64,000 nucleotides of DNA from Ruditapes philippinarum. Taxonomy: Eukaryota. The notes beneath the pieces are model-generated. The model had not been told where the DNA came from. It saw only the letters and a program-made list of their open reading frames with translations, and did not search any database. A program made the position numbers and the translations under genes. Shown in pieces: positions 28,026-40,252 of this stretch. The stretch lies in the NCBI RefSeq assembly GCF_026571515.1, contig NW_026858658.1:62001-126000 (forward strand). Reading direction: 5' to 3'. Positions within the stretch are counted from its first letter, which is position 1; every line of letters starts with the position of its first letter.

Positions 28026-29981
28026 GATGCACTTGACATAAAAAATATCGCCGTATATTAAAAAATTGACACCAAGTTTAGTGTACGTGAACATGTCACC
28101 AATTAGAGCTAGAACAGAATGCTAACTGTACGTCTATGAAATTAATGATATTTTTATTTCACTGAAACTTTATATTTTGAACAAGTGCGGTATATAATCA
28201 AATCTCTTAATAATTTGTCATGTTAAAAGGTATAAATAGAAAATGTTTTAACTGGTGCAATTGTACATGATTGTGTAATTGACTTAAACTGTCTTTATAT
28301 TTTCGTATACCAGTTGTCAGATATTATTCCCATGCATTCGCAGACGGACTGTATTTAACCATGTATAAAATGTGATATTTGAAATAATTGATTTATATAT
28401 ATGTATGAAATATAAATACAGCATTAAGGTGCTATTTTATTATAAAATATAAAACAATGAAATGAAACAAAATATGTTGTTGTTGTAAGTGTATTTAATA
28501 TTTTTTGGTTTGATATTGGACACCGAATAGTCAACAAGATATGAATATCATATTCTATTATAAAACAATTTGGAGAAAAAGTGATCCCTCGGAAGCAATA
28601 AATCACAACAAAATTACATGAAAATTGCAGACTCAGTTTGATTGAGTCTGTGCATATTGTATTATTAAAAGTACAACATTCATCACACACACCCCCAGCA
28701 CCGGCATGAGCGGTAGTCAGTTTTGAACACTTGAAAATGCTGGAATCAACGATCCCGAAGAATCAGAAATAGTTTGAAATACGTAATAAGATTTCCTGAC
28801 ACTGTCAAATATCAAAGTGCAATATCATTGCTTAACTGGTGGCTGAACATTTCAAATGCGTTTATATGCAATATTTCAGACAATAAAAACGTCTATGTTC
28901 CTTATGGGATTCGAACTCAACCAGTGACCTTAATCAGTAGTTAAATGGCCCGTTTGTCCTTTGACAAACATATAAACTAGAGAACCACTACATTGGCAGT
29001 TTGTTTAACCAATAGAAAGAAAAATCTATGAAACTATGAACAAGCTCAATTCGTTTTTAAGATTAAAAAACAACAACAAAGTTTAACCGGCGAAAAGCTC
29101 CAAAAAATCAATGAGTGAAGTGAACTTCAACATGTCTTACAAGCCCTTTACGAGCACCTGCTATTTCCGGTCACTGTACTTTTCTTGTGAGCCTAGATAT
29201 ATTAACTTTCTCTTCCAATAACCGGAAGTGGATTAGTTTATACACTTAGATAAAAGTTTTAAATATTGCGCGTGGTTTTTCGTATTCTTGTGTTTTAAAC
29301 AAAAGACTTGTATGTTATATAAAGGCACATTACCCCTCAGAAGCAAATAAACTTTTACTTCTTTATATAGGGTAAACATGTTTGGAGAAATGTTAGATGC
29401 TTGTTACCTGCAAAAGTAGCGATGAATGTGAGATAATGTGTCATAAAAGTAAACAAATTAGTATTTTGACTTCCATACAAAATACTAATTCACTATAACA
29501 AAAAACAACAGATGAACAAGATGGTTCCGGTAATTGGCCAATGATTAACTTTTTGGATACTTTGGGAGTAGACCAAAATTTTAAAAAAGCTTTTGAGAAA
29601 TAAAAAAGCATATCTGAGGCATGGCCTTTGAAACAGAATAAAACGTCCCCCGACTGTTAGAGATCTGATAGCACGATGATTTCGTTCGTGCACCACCAAG
29701 TTTATCGGAAATCTATCAACATTATACTTTCAATTTAGATATTTATTATGAGTATGAAGATACTAATATTTGATATTCTACCTTTAAAAACCCAAGATTA
29801 TACCATTTAAAGTGAATTGGTCTATAAAAGAAGGACTAAAATACAATGAATAATCACATTGATAGTATTAAGTATTAGACATAAAAACAATCCACGAAAA
29901 CAAAATTCATGGACGTTTTTGGCAATTTTAAGATATATGATCCGATATTACATATATTTATATAGGAGAGAATAAAAAATT

Positions 29982-30218
29982 TGAGCCGTGTCATGACAAA
30001 ACCAACATAATGGGTTTGCGACCAGCAGGGATCCAGACCAGCCTGCGCATCCGCGCAGTCTGGTCAGGATCCATGCTGTTCGCTTACAAACCCTATTACA
30101 AGTAGAGAAACTGAAAGCGAACAGCATGGATCCTGATCAGACTGCGCGGATGCGCAGGCTGGTCTGGATCCATGCTGGTCGCAAACCCATTATGTTGGTT
30201 TTGTCATGACACGGCTCA
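29982..30218. mobile_element. Palindromic MITE (237 bp), copy 1
   Basis: About 100-bp near-perfect inverted arms TGAGCCGTGTCATGACAAAACCAACATAATGGG…CCCATTATGTTGGTTTTGTCATGACACGGCTCA; a highly similar copy lies at 48842-49078. Confidence 0.9.
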
Positions 30219-30415
30219 TTAATGTGTCCTAGAGTTAAAGTATTATTATTCATCATATAAATGGTCATTCTAAATCATTTAGTCATTTATCAACATTTTT
30301 AAGAAAATCTAAATGATAATTTTCTATTATTATTTTTTATCAGTATTTGAAATACTAATGGAAAATGTGCCCATTGTAGACATTTACTCTTTAAGCTATT
30401 TGTTATAAAAAGAAA

Positions 30416-30446
<31 letters not shown>

Positions 30447-30904
30447 CCAAGGACAACAAAAACAACAAGAAACTTTTGAAGGCATCACTTCGCCCATATT
30501 ATCACATCTGTAGACATTATACAGCCTGGCAAGGCTATAAACCCCTGGTATAGTTGTTACCCTTTTTATGGTAAGTTCATAAAATAGTCAATACAGGTTT
30601 TAAATTCAAAACTTATAAGGAAAAAGGATAATTATACAAATTTTTAAGCCCAATGACGCATTTTTTCTTAACAAAGGTCAACGAATATGTATAAAGTATA
30701 CGCAAAAGTCATCTAAATATGCAATTCACATCTTTGGCTCAAATTTGGTATTTGAAAATATTGACAATTGCTACACAGTGTTTTTATAAATTAAAGAGTT
30801 TTGTCGGTAAAGGGAAGCTACACAATAAAACAACTAACGATTTCTCGGTTAAGAGTTACTTCCCTGATGTAACTTCCAAGGCTGGCGTTTTGCAATCGTG
30901 AGAA

Positions 30905-31072
30905 CTCGTGTAGTTAAAGTGTGAAGTTGCGGCATGGCGTCGGACTAGTAATCTAATGATCGCTAGTCGTTGTTTCGTTCAGCAAGAAACTCAGTACTGG
31001 TTATGTCCAGGAACGGATTCGAAAGTGTGTCTAGACACAATCAAACTAAAACAAATTCTGTATAAACCAAAA
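30905..31072 (+). mobile_element. Degenerate CORE-type SINE remnant
   Basis: …cagcaagaaactcagtactggttatgtccaggaacggattcgaaag…; homologous to 62700-62897 (shared gtcggact..taatctaatgatcgct and ttctgtataaaccaa). Confidence 0.6.
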
Positions 31073-32177
31073 TGTGTCCACCGTGTTTCTTTTTAGAAAT
31101 TTCTTACCGAGCAATGCTGATTGAAAAGTTCAAGATTATAGATAGAAAATTCCAAGGTTAATTGCAAATAAACTATGGAACGGCATACTAAGATAGAAAG
31201 TGACGTGCTACCAGTTGTATAGAAAGTTAGGTCCTTCCAGATGGATAGACAGTGAAGACTTTTGTGCTATCAGATTTTACAAAATGTGTTCGGGAAATCA
31301 CATACAGACTTTAGATACATTCTAAGTATTCTGGGTGGCTAGAAAGTGACTGCGGAAACATTAAACTTTAAGCATCGCTATGTTGTTAGGAAGCAGTTAT
31401 GAAGTCGAGTGACAAGAAATCAAGTAACAAGAATTTGGAAATCTGTATCCGGATAAAATTTTCCCTCGATACAGATTACCTACAGATAGCAAGCCATTTT
31501 TTATTAAGAACATGTATAATGCAAGATTTGAAAAAAAAAATGGTCTCCTTGATTCCAAGGTTTTACATAGCACACCTGGCTTACTTGCACAGTTAAACGC
31601 TAAATACAGCACTGTCATCTTAATAACTGATTTGAAGTAAATAAAAAGTCTGCTTACATACAGTAAAACAATATGCAAAATATAAATATCGCGTTGTTTT
31701 ATTATCACATTTTGCAAGGCCAGGGGGAGGAAATAAGAGACATGTCTATAGAACTGTTATACTAGTTACCTCCCTTTAATAATTTTGCTTTTCAAACTAT
31801 AGGTGAATTTAAAAAAAAAGAACAACAAGAAGCCCCGCCCATTTCATTGGTATAAAGGTCGCGTCATTTTATTGTCATATTTTGCAAGGCCAATGAAAGG
31901 AAATGAGAAATGTCTATAGAACTGTTATACTTATTACCTCCCTTCTATATGTTTTTTAATGTTTTTATTCGATAAGAGGCAAGCATACCATATGTGAATT
32001 AATATAAAAACAAAATTAAGTCCCAATCATTTCGATGGGTCATACCATGATATGTATTATAAGCGTATATTCAAGTGATATATAATATCTGGGACTTAAT
32101 ATTTTGTCCCTGATAATACATCATAATATAGTTAGGAAATAGATATCAATTCTGAGTGCATTGTTGTAGAATAAGTA

Positions 32178-32323
32178 ATAGTTACCGTACGAGGAATAGG
32201 TCTGCATAGTATTTACAGACCCGGGTGGCGATTTGAAGACCGAGAGAGCGTAGCGATCGAGGTTTTTTAAAGGCCACCGGGTCTGTAAATACTATGCAGA
32301 CCTATTCCGAGTGCAGTAACTAT
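32178..32323. mobile_element. Long internal hairpin of a non-autonomous DNA element
   Basis: Arms GGAATAGGTCTGCATAGTATTTACAGACCCGG / CCGGGTCTGTAAATACTATGCAGACCTATTCC around a CCGAGAGAGCGTAGCGATCGAGG centre. Confidence 0.75.
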
Positions 32324-33736
32324 CTTACCTACATGCTCTTTTGTTTTTCTATCCATACATCAGTTTTTAGCTTATTATTTATTAACATTACTCACAAGAA
32401 ACATAATTATTATTTATGTACTTTATCATGTTTAAAAAAGCATTCCAAAGCCAAGCAAAGATACTATCCGCTACGCTCTTGTAATTCATTCGTTCACAAA
32501 TCAGGTGTTATTTGAATATTCTCGTGATTTTCGTGGGGTTTCATTATGTAATTAGGTCAGGTAATGTACTTGTTGCATTGAGTTGTGAGAAAATGAAAAC
32601 AGAACTTGTCGAGTAGGGAAAGGTAAGATCATTTTTTTTGATATATGAATACATAACATATTAATGATATAAACAAATACTGAGGAAGATAAAAATGTTT
32701 TCTAATCATAAAAACGGAACACTTTATCTTTATATATAATAAATTTCATACTAAATAAATGTTCAGGCTATTTCTTATATAATTAAAATATACGATTTTT
32801 TCAAAGGAAAGTAAAAGACGGGGTTCTATGAATAAATATTAGTAATACATGTAGTTACACCGTTATTTACGTTGGGTTTCGTTGTTGTTTTTTATGATGG
32901 CTGATTTTAAAGGTTCTTAGAATTTCACCCATGTTTGGAAGAATTTTCTTTCCGCGTATTCTTAATTAGCATCATCCGTTATAAGACCGCATGTAACCAC
33001 GCGGTCTAGAATGGAAGCGCAAGTCGTAATCTTGGTACTGGTATACAAAATCCAAATTGTAATGTAAAAATAACTGGGAAAAAATGAGAAAAACGGTCTT
33101 ATACTTAAGATGAACTATACTCTCACTGAAAGTAATATTTTGGGAAAGATGCAGAAATTGACTTTGATTCGATATGCACCAATAATATAATCGTCGTATG
33201 TATCCCATAATGCAGAATTGTTAAAATAATGCAGGATTGTGTAAATTCAGACATAGCTGTGGAAATAAATACCGAAAATTAGTATCTTATGAAGCTATAT
33301 AGTTCGGCAAATGTGTTAGGTATACCGAAAAGCAAACTTTAAAGAAAGGCTTAATGTGCGTTTTTATACTCATTAATATCGGCGAAACACAAAACTTCAA
33401 CGCCAGAACAGTAGCCAGTTCGTTTTTCTCACAAATAATCTGGAATATAAGTTATGAGGGTCCTTACAGCCGTATGCGCTAATTTATTTCGATTTATCTT
33501 TAAAATATATATCGACCCTTTTTCCTATTCAAAGTGGTCATTATCCCCCCCTCCCCCATAATTCAGCGTTCTTTCACGATGAATATTGTGTACTGTAATG
33601 CACGAGTTTCTCGACTTCACATATTTTCTATTGTATAGAGAACAATAGAACAATAACCGGTCGGTATCTATTTGCAGACCTGTTAACCGGTCGGTAAGTG
33701 ATTTACTAGACCGCTTTTAACAAAGGAGCCGGTAGG

Positions 33737-33835
33737 TAATGCACGGTTTGAGTTCAAATGCGTAGTAATATAATCACGAAGGCCGATAGGCCTGAGTGAT
33801 TAATTACAACGCATTTGAACGAAAAACGTGCATTA
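33737..33835. mobile_element. Long hairpin element
   Basis: TAATGCACG…TTCAAATGCGT.GTAAT.TAATCAC-GAAGGCCGATAGGCCTGA-GTGATTAATTACAACGCATTTGAA…CGTGCATTA. Confidence 0.75.
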
Positions 33836-34228
33836 TTATACATTATTATATGATCTAAATATAGCTGCAATCTCATTGGTCCAAACAGTAGTCAACAGAA
33901 CTTTTTATAAAATCATATTTACTGGGTGTAGTATCATATTCACTGGCTGAATTGGATTTTCCCAGTCAAAAAATAGATTGAGACTCATATTCAATGATCA
34001 TACACCGTAGACTGTTAAATACGCGTGTTACTTAAAAAATAATTGTTGCTTTTTGTTCTTTATGGCATATTTCTCGATTAAAATATCAATACATTACCAT
34101 TTTACTTAAAGGCTACACCGCAATGATGAGTATAAACTTGAATTACTTTTGTATGCGCAGCATTTGCGAAGTCGTTGCACGCCTAACACGTGCGTCTTTT
34201 TTCCCGCGCTTCAACGAGGCAAAATTTG

Positions 34229-34317
34229 TATGATGTGATATTCACCGGCAGAAAGTCATATTGACCTCGGCTATCGCCTCGGTCAATATGTCATCTGCCG
34301 GTGAATATCACATCATA
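34229..34317. mobile_element. Long hairpin element
   Basis: TATGATGTGATATTCACCGGCAGA…CATATTGACC-TCGGCTATCGCCTC-GGTCAATATG…TCTGCCGGTGAATATCACATCATA. Confidence 0.75.
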
Positions 34318-34945
34318 TTCAATGGCTCACTAGTCAATAATTGTATAATAATGCACAAAGGAATTATATCTATTTCCATTCTAACACGTCAAGAAAAAGT
34401 ATAATTATTATTATAAAGTTGGACTTTATGTTTGGTGGATAAATCTGTTTTCGCCTAAGAGTTTCCAATAGAAACGTTCTTTAAAGGCTGTTCCAGTGGA
34501 TTGAAAAAAACTGTCGTTAAATCTACTGTGTGTAGAAACATTTTGAGAATAACGAATTTTGAAAACGTTGATAAAACTTTGTTTGCTCATATTATTTCAC
34601 TCCATAAGTTTTCAAGCGAAATACAAATTATTAAAAGTGAAATAAATGTTAAACCTAACTCGTCTGCGATATTAAAATAACGTACTTGATTTGATTGTTT
34701 TGCACGTGCTGTTTGGCGCAACATTGTGACGTCACGTAAACAACACTTTAAACGTCTGTACAGCGTTAACGACTAAAATTAAAGATATTGGTGTTCGATT
34801 TCATTTTCTTAGTTAGACCATTTTCTATCATTCTAGGTAGTTTTCACAACAAAATTCGACAAAAATTGTTTTTATTTATCAGATTTTTAAACAAAATGGC
34901 GGCCTCAATGTGAAAATATACAGGGAGATAATAAGAACGGCGAGT

Positions 34946-35226
34946 TTTGTTTGTTTGTTTGTTTTGGGTTTTACGTCACATCGACACATTATAGGTCATA
35001 TCGCGACGTTCCAGCTTTCCTGGTGGAGGAAGACCTCAGGTGCCCTTCCGTGCATTATTTCAGGCACGAACGGGCACCTGAGTAGAACCACCGACGTTCC
35101 GTAAGCTAGCTGGATAGCTTCCTCACATGAAAGAATCCAAAGTCCCTGTCGGGATTCGAACCCACAGCGGTGAGGGGCAAGTGGTTTGAAGTCAACGACC
35201 TTAACCACTCGGCCACGGACGCCCCC
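34946..35226 (-). mobile_element. tRNA-derived SINE (Ser-like head, probably Meta-domain family), full length with 13-bp TSD
   Basis: Minus strand: head GGGGGCGTCCGTGGCCGAGTGGTTAAGG (A box) … GGGTTCGAATCCC (B box), and a (CAAA)n tail. Exact direct repeat AAGAACGGCGAGT at 34933-34945 and 35227-35239. Confidence 0.92.
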
Positions 35227-35959
35227 AAGAACGGCGAGTGCATTGTTGTAGAATAATGCATGCTTCCGACCTTCTTTGTCTATATAGGAAAATTTCCGAT
35301 AGTGTTAGAATGATATATAGAATATAATAATATATAAGACTTTAGTAATAATATAATCTTGTAGCTTTCTTCGAGTTATTCGCCAAACGAGGTTCGTTTA
35401 AGTACACCTCGTTAACAAATTGTTTTAACAAGTTCTGCGACTACCTCCTCTAGCATCTGCTAGATAAAAACAATGTCGGCACAAATTCAGTCATCGTTAA
35501 CAAAATACAATCACAGTAATTCAATGAAAATGAAACTGTTCATTATTGCATAAAAAGTAAAGTGTCAACTTTGCTCTCAATATATACTTTCTCAAAATGC
35601 AAACGTGTCATGTTGTATTTAAGTTAAGCTAATATATGCAGCAAAACTGGAACAAACGACAGCACGAGCACACCAAGTACTATTTTATTGAAGAATAAAT
35701 AATTTGCATTAATTTAATATTGACACGTAAACAGAGGCGATAACTGTAGCAAACTGTCCTTATTTTCGACTAGTGTACATAACCAAAAGCTTACATAAGA
35801 AGTTATCTTTGTAAACCAATTGCATACAAAGTTCCCCTGTCGATTGGGCACAGAAATATTCTTGACTTCTTATCAACCCAATTCAGTGATATCACACTTA
35901 CAATATATTGTTCATGAGTATTGACCCATGGGCGATTTAGTACATGCAAGCCTGTGTCA

Positions 35960-35966
35960 TATAAAA
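35960..35966 (+). promoter_or_regulatory. TATA box of C1q gene 1
   Basis: TATAAAA 78 bp upstream of ATG 36038; similar spacing is seen at the paralog (40170). Confidence 0.6.
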
Positions 35967-36037
35967 GGAGATACAACCAAGGGTTGTGAGGGTTAGAGAA
36001 ATCAGCTTCTCAAACATAAAGTTATACGAATACAAGA

Positions 36038-36880
36038 ATGATGCGACTAACTTTCACAGTATACGTTACATTTGTGACAATTTGCATCGTGAGGTCATCG
36101 AGAATTCACGAGACAACCGATAATGAACTTAATGAAAAAGTGAGGAATATAATTGAAAATATTCTTCAAGAAAAGCAAATAACAAATGGAGGAGAAAAAA
36201 GTGGCAGAAATGTGGACATGAAAGTTGAATATCTTGAAAATAAATTCAAAGAAATGGAATCTAAGCTCGCGGAGCAAGAAAAAACTATCGCCAGTCTGAA
36301 GAATGTGATAAAAAAGATGGAGCAAGAAAAGGACAAAGATATCATAATAAAAGACTCAAATGGAAGCAAACGTAATAGCAGTAACATTGTTGTCGAAGAA
36401 GAAGACACACGAGACGTAGACGTTAGTCAACTTATTGCACCGGAAAGAAGAGCGAAGAGGGCAACAACAAATATTGCTTTTTCAGCTTACTTGACCCATA
36501 CGAATTCTCATACAGTTATTGGACAACCAATAAAATTTGACCACGTGCTTATCAATGATGGACAAGGCTATAACAATTATACGGGCTCGTTCACCGCGCC
36601 TGTTGCCGGTGTTTATTTATTCACGTTCTCAATCGACTCCGGAAAGACGACATTTGTTAAACTTGTTGTTAATGGCGTGAACCAAGTCGATGTTATTGCA
36701 AACCCTCACACAAACGTTGCTGACAAACGTCTCTCGCATTCGATGGGCGGAAATACCGCCATCGTGCGTGTGGCCCAAGGTGATGCGGTATTGGTGGAAA
36801 CATATGAAACTGCAGACGGTCAGGTCTCATCTAGTGATACGTTCAGGCTCTGTACGTTTTCTGGCGTACTCCTCTACTAA
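36038..36880 (+). CDS. Secreted C1q-domain-containing protein (signal peptide, coiled coil, RRAKR, gC1q); intronless CDS
   Basis: 280-aa ORF with hydrophobic N-terminus, heptad-rich VEYLENKFKEMESKLAEQEKTIASLK, and gC1q motifs IAFSAYL, IKFDHVLINDGQGYNNYTGSFTAPVAGVYLFTF and TFSGVLLY. Confidence 0.95.
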   Translation: MMRLTFTVYVTFVTICIVRSSRIHETTDNELNEKVRNIIENILQEKQITNGGEKSGRNVDMKVEYLENKFKEMESKLAEQEKTIASLKNVIKKMEQEKDKDIIIKDSNGSKRNSSNIVVEEEDTRDVDVSQLIAPERRAKRATTNIAFSAYLTHTNSHTVIGQPIKFDHVLINDGQGYNNYTGSFTAPVAGVYLFTFSIDSGKTTFVKLVVNGVNQVDVIANPHTNVADKRLSHSMGGNTAIVRVAQGDAVLVETYETADGQVSSSDTFRLCTFSGVLLY

Positions 36881-38297
36881 CTTTGACTTCTTGGGGGTAG
36901 AAAAGTTTATCATGTTCATTTTGAGGCGGAGATAAAACAATAGAAAATACTATTTTGAAAGTTAGCCTTTTTACAATCGATTGACAGATCAAATAGTATG
37001 AATATCATTTGTATTTTAATGGATTCCTTACATTAAAGATGATTAAACAAGATAATATAAATCAATAAACTTGTTATACTTGTTTTGTTTTGGCATTTAA
37101 CGCACATTTAAAAATAATGCGAAGACATTGTATGTTTAACGAGTTAACATTGATATGAAGTTGCTCCTTTTGTCTTATTAGATAAACCATGATTGTAATT
37201 TTATAATTATATACATATGTCTCCGCAAGACCTTTTGTATGGAAGTCATTCCGAATGTATAATAATTATTTTACAATCCATGTTTAAAATCATTCTGACC
37301 AGTATTAAAAATGGTAATTTACCTTCAAGAGGGCCTACAGTCAATAGCATACAAATGAATTTTGATTGCATTTGATACGTAACATTTCCTAATAAATATA
37401 GGATGATATAATCATAAGTTAGAGAACTGTCATAAGTCAGCGTTTAGACTGACATGTATATATGAGTAAACATTTCAAAATTTCAAAGGATTCAAGGGAA
37501 GACTATCTGACGTGAAAATGTTATATAAGTGATCTCCCTTTAATAAATGTTCTAGGCAGATAAATACATTAACATATATTTTTAAATAAAAATAATAAAA
37601 GGGGCGATTCCCAGGATTAAGTGCAACATCTCTCTTTGACGCCCTGAGCCCCGGATCAAGCGGTATTCAGTCTTTAAAGGGAGACACAGGCAAACTTTTC
37701 ATCTCTTAGTTTTGGATTTTTCATTCATTATTCTATTATTGCCCCCAAAGTGAATACATTAGACAGTCAAAAGAACAAAACTTTTCTCTGTATAAAAAAT
37801 AAAATGGTGGTTTCCTAACTTGACCCGCGTGGGTCAGGTTAGAGCACTAGGATTTCACAAAAGTTGTCACGGTGAACTCTGGAAACGTTAAAGAACATGT
37901 CAAATGAATGACTTAGACTTGTTTCAATCCTACAATATCCACAATATCTTTTATTGTAACTTCAAGGGTTTATTCAAGTGACATGACTTGTTTTAAAACT
38001 ATTCGGTGATTTTATTGGCGTCTAAATTTTGTTCAATAAAATATATATATTTATGCTTCAAACCCAAAATATGTAGAATTTAAACAGAAATTCATGGTGG
38101 AACTTTAAGAAATGTCATTTTAGCGTGATTTGAGTACATAAGATCATTTTGATAGTTTTGTCATTATTTTGCCTGAATATCACTAACATGCTTAAATACA
38201 AGAATGATTCACAATGAAGAAGCAACAAGACACAGCCATATCTTATTAAGTGGTTACATTTTTAACCCTGAAGGCTCCGTTATGGAGCTCTCCATTT

Positions 38298-38362
38298 TTG
38301 GACTTTTGATGAATCAACTTTGAGGGTGAAATACCCTCTAAGTTGATTCATCAAAAGTCCAA
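38298..38362. repeat. 65-bp near-perfect palindrome
   Basis: TTGGACTTTTGATGAATCAACTTTGAGGGT-gaaat-ACCCTCTAAGTTGATTCATCAAAAGTCCAA. Confidence 0.85.
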
Positions 38363-38744
38363 GAACATGTTTGATATTGCCTTTAGTGTTTAAGATTTGT
38401 AAATTTGAAAATATCACACAACAACTGAACGTTAAAGCATACAATTAAAATAGTTTATTCAAATGATGTACAATAAGTAAATAATTCCAGTGAAAAAAAG
38501 TATCCGTATGAAATTTTATTGTGAAGACATTAAAATATCTATTACTGAGAGAAACAAGCGTATTGCCATTATAACTACAGAAATGATATCAAACAGACAA
38601 TAAATCAGAAGTAAGTAATAATACTCTGATATGTAGTTCATCAAATAAACACTTTTATTGAAAGAAATAAAAACAACAACAAAAGTACATTATTTTTTAA
38701 AACCTTAAAAATTCAATATTTTTTTGCAAATTGTAAAGTTTTTT

Positions 38745-39611
38745 CTAGTGATGAATTTCAGGGTATAACAACGTCCCACAGAATGTACTAAGACGGTATT
38801 TATCACTAGACGCCACCTCCCCACTGACGTCATAAACTTCGACAAGGACTGATTGGCCAACTCCAACATGTATTATCGCAGAATTACCACTCATGTTCTC
38901 TCTATCCTGTGTATTAACATGAGGGTTTGTGACGGCATCCACGACATTCCTACCATCAACGTTCAGACGGACAAACGTATGAACACGAGAGTCGAATTGA
39001 AACATGAATAGGTAAGTTCCGGATATAGGTGCAGTAAATGCGCCAGTGTATGAATTGTAGCCGGCACCGTCATTCAGATGAACTCTGTCGTACTTGATAG
39101 CTTGTCCTGGAGACATATGCGAATTTGTGCTCGAAAGATAGGCTGAAAACGCTATATTTGGTATTGTAGCTGCTTGAGTCGGTACAATTTGTCTTTTTCT
39201 CCTCATTGTATTGTGGTAGTTCACAAAATCTTCATTCTTGATGTCCTTGCATTTCTGGTATAGAAATTCAATAGGATTAATTAGAGAATCGTTACGAGCT
39301 TTATTGTCGTCAGTTAATTTCTCAAGTAAACCATTCGTTTGGTTATTCAAAAAGCAGATAATCAGATCCATGTCGGCATTTTCCTGCTCTAGAAATTCAA
39401 TCCTTTCCTCCATCCGAGTATTTAGTTCTTTTAGCGCCTTAATTTCCTTCAATATTGTCTCAGTTCTTTCACTTTCCTTACTCCTTTCTTCTTTGAGAAT
39501 GTCGGTTACCTTCTTTGTTATCAATGCTTCAATCTCACTTATGTCTGATTTAACGGAGGCACCAAGAGACATTGTTATTACACAAAGCACAGCGAGGCTT
39601 TTGACTAACAT
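38745..39611 (-). CDS. Secreted C1q-domain-containing protein (signal peptide, coiled coil, RRKR, gC1q); intronless CDS
   Basis: 288-aa ORF with signal MLVKSLAVLCVITMSLGA, a coiled coil, and gC1q motifs NIAFSAYL, YNSYTGAFTAPISGTYLFMF and STFCGTLLY. TATAAAT at 39729-39723 and AATAAA at 38659-38654 on the minus strand. Confidence 0.95.
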   Translation of the reverse strand: MLVKSLAVLCVITMSLGASVKSDISEIEALITKKVTDILKEERSKESERTETILKEIKALKELNTRMEERIEFLEQENADMDLIICFLNNQTNGLLEKLTDDNKARNDSLINPIEFLYQKCKDIKNEDFVNYHNTMRRKRQIVPTQAATIPNIAFSAYLSSTNSHMSPGQAIKYDRVHLNDGAGYNSYTGAFTAPISGTYLFMFQFDSRVHTFVRLNVDGRNVVDAVTNPHVNTQDRENMSGNSAIIHVGVGQSVLVEVYDVSGEVASSDKYRLSTFCGTLLYPEIHH

Positions 39612-40169
39612 TCTTTTAATTATTAATATGAGAAATTAAAATGATAAAACAAGTACCGTCAATAGATGTACGATAGGTACACAACTTCAGTCTTTAATGT
39701 GTCTAAATAGGTACATGTGTGTATTTATAACATCACAGTTAAGACATGTGATATTGTACTTGTGATAAAATCATAACACAAGGTACATTTAAATTGGAAC
39801 ACACGTTGGTACACATTTACGTATATATTTAAAGATTAGCCATTCCTTAAAGTGTGTTTTGAACTGACAAAAAGTTTAAATGTACAAACTAAAATAAAGC
39901 CATTTTATTAAAATAAACTGTTATAAAACTGTCCTATTTTAACCTGGGATAAATAAACACGCAAACTTCGGTAGCTAATTTTGTCATGTGACAACGTATA
40001 AAGTTCTCGTCTAGTTACCAAAATATGTCCTAGTTCATCTATCAATAATGCTGATAATAAGGTCACAACAGTTTACATCCACGAGTTTGAAACTCAACGT
40101 TGTTCTATATAGTGTATTAAATAAGATTCATGAAGTATTATTAAAAGTTAAGTGTATCTACGTATGCAG

Positions 40170-40176
40170 TATAAAA
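40170..40176 (+). promoter_or_regulatory. TATA box of C1q gene 3
   Basis: TATAAAA 83 bp upstream of ATG 40253. Confidence 0.6.
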
Positions 40177-40252
40177 AGAAATTACAGTTGACCACTACTA
40201 ATAAATATTTTGACCTTAGAGAATACAGCTACTTAAAGCTACGGATTTAACA

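Noticed and set aside
34910-35208. ORFs 34910-35104 and 34996-35208; possible tRNA-Sec gene
   Set aside because: Both ORFs lie essentially within a SINE. The head lacks proper acceptor and anticodon stems and continues into the SINE body and tail.
35828-35837. AAAGTTCCCC as a possible NF-kB site upstream of C1q gene 1
   Set aside because: Only a partial match to GGGRNNYYCC, and not seen at the paralog promoters.
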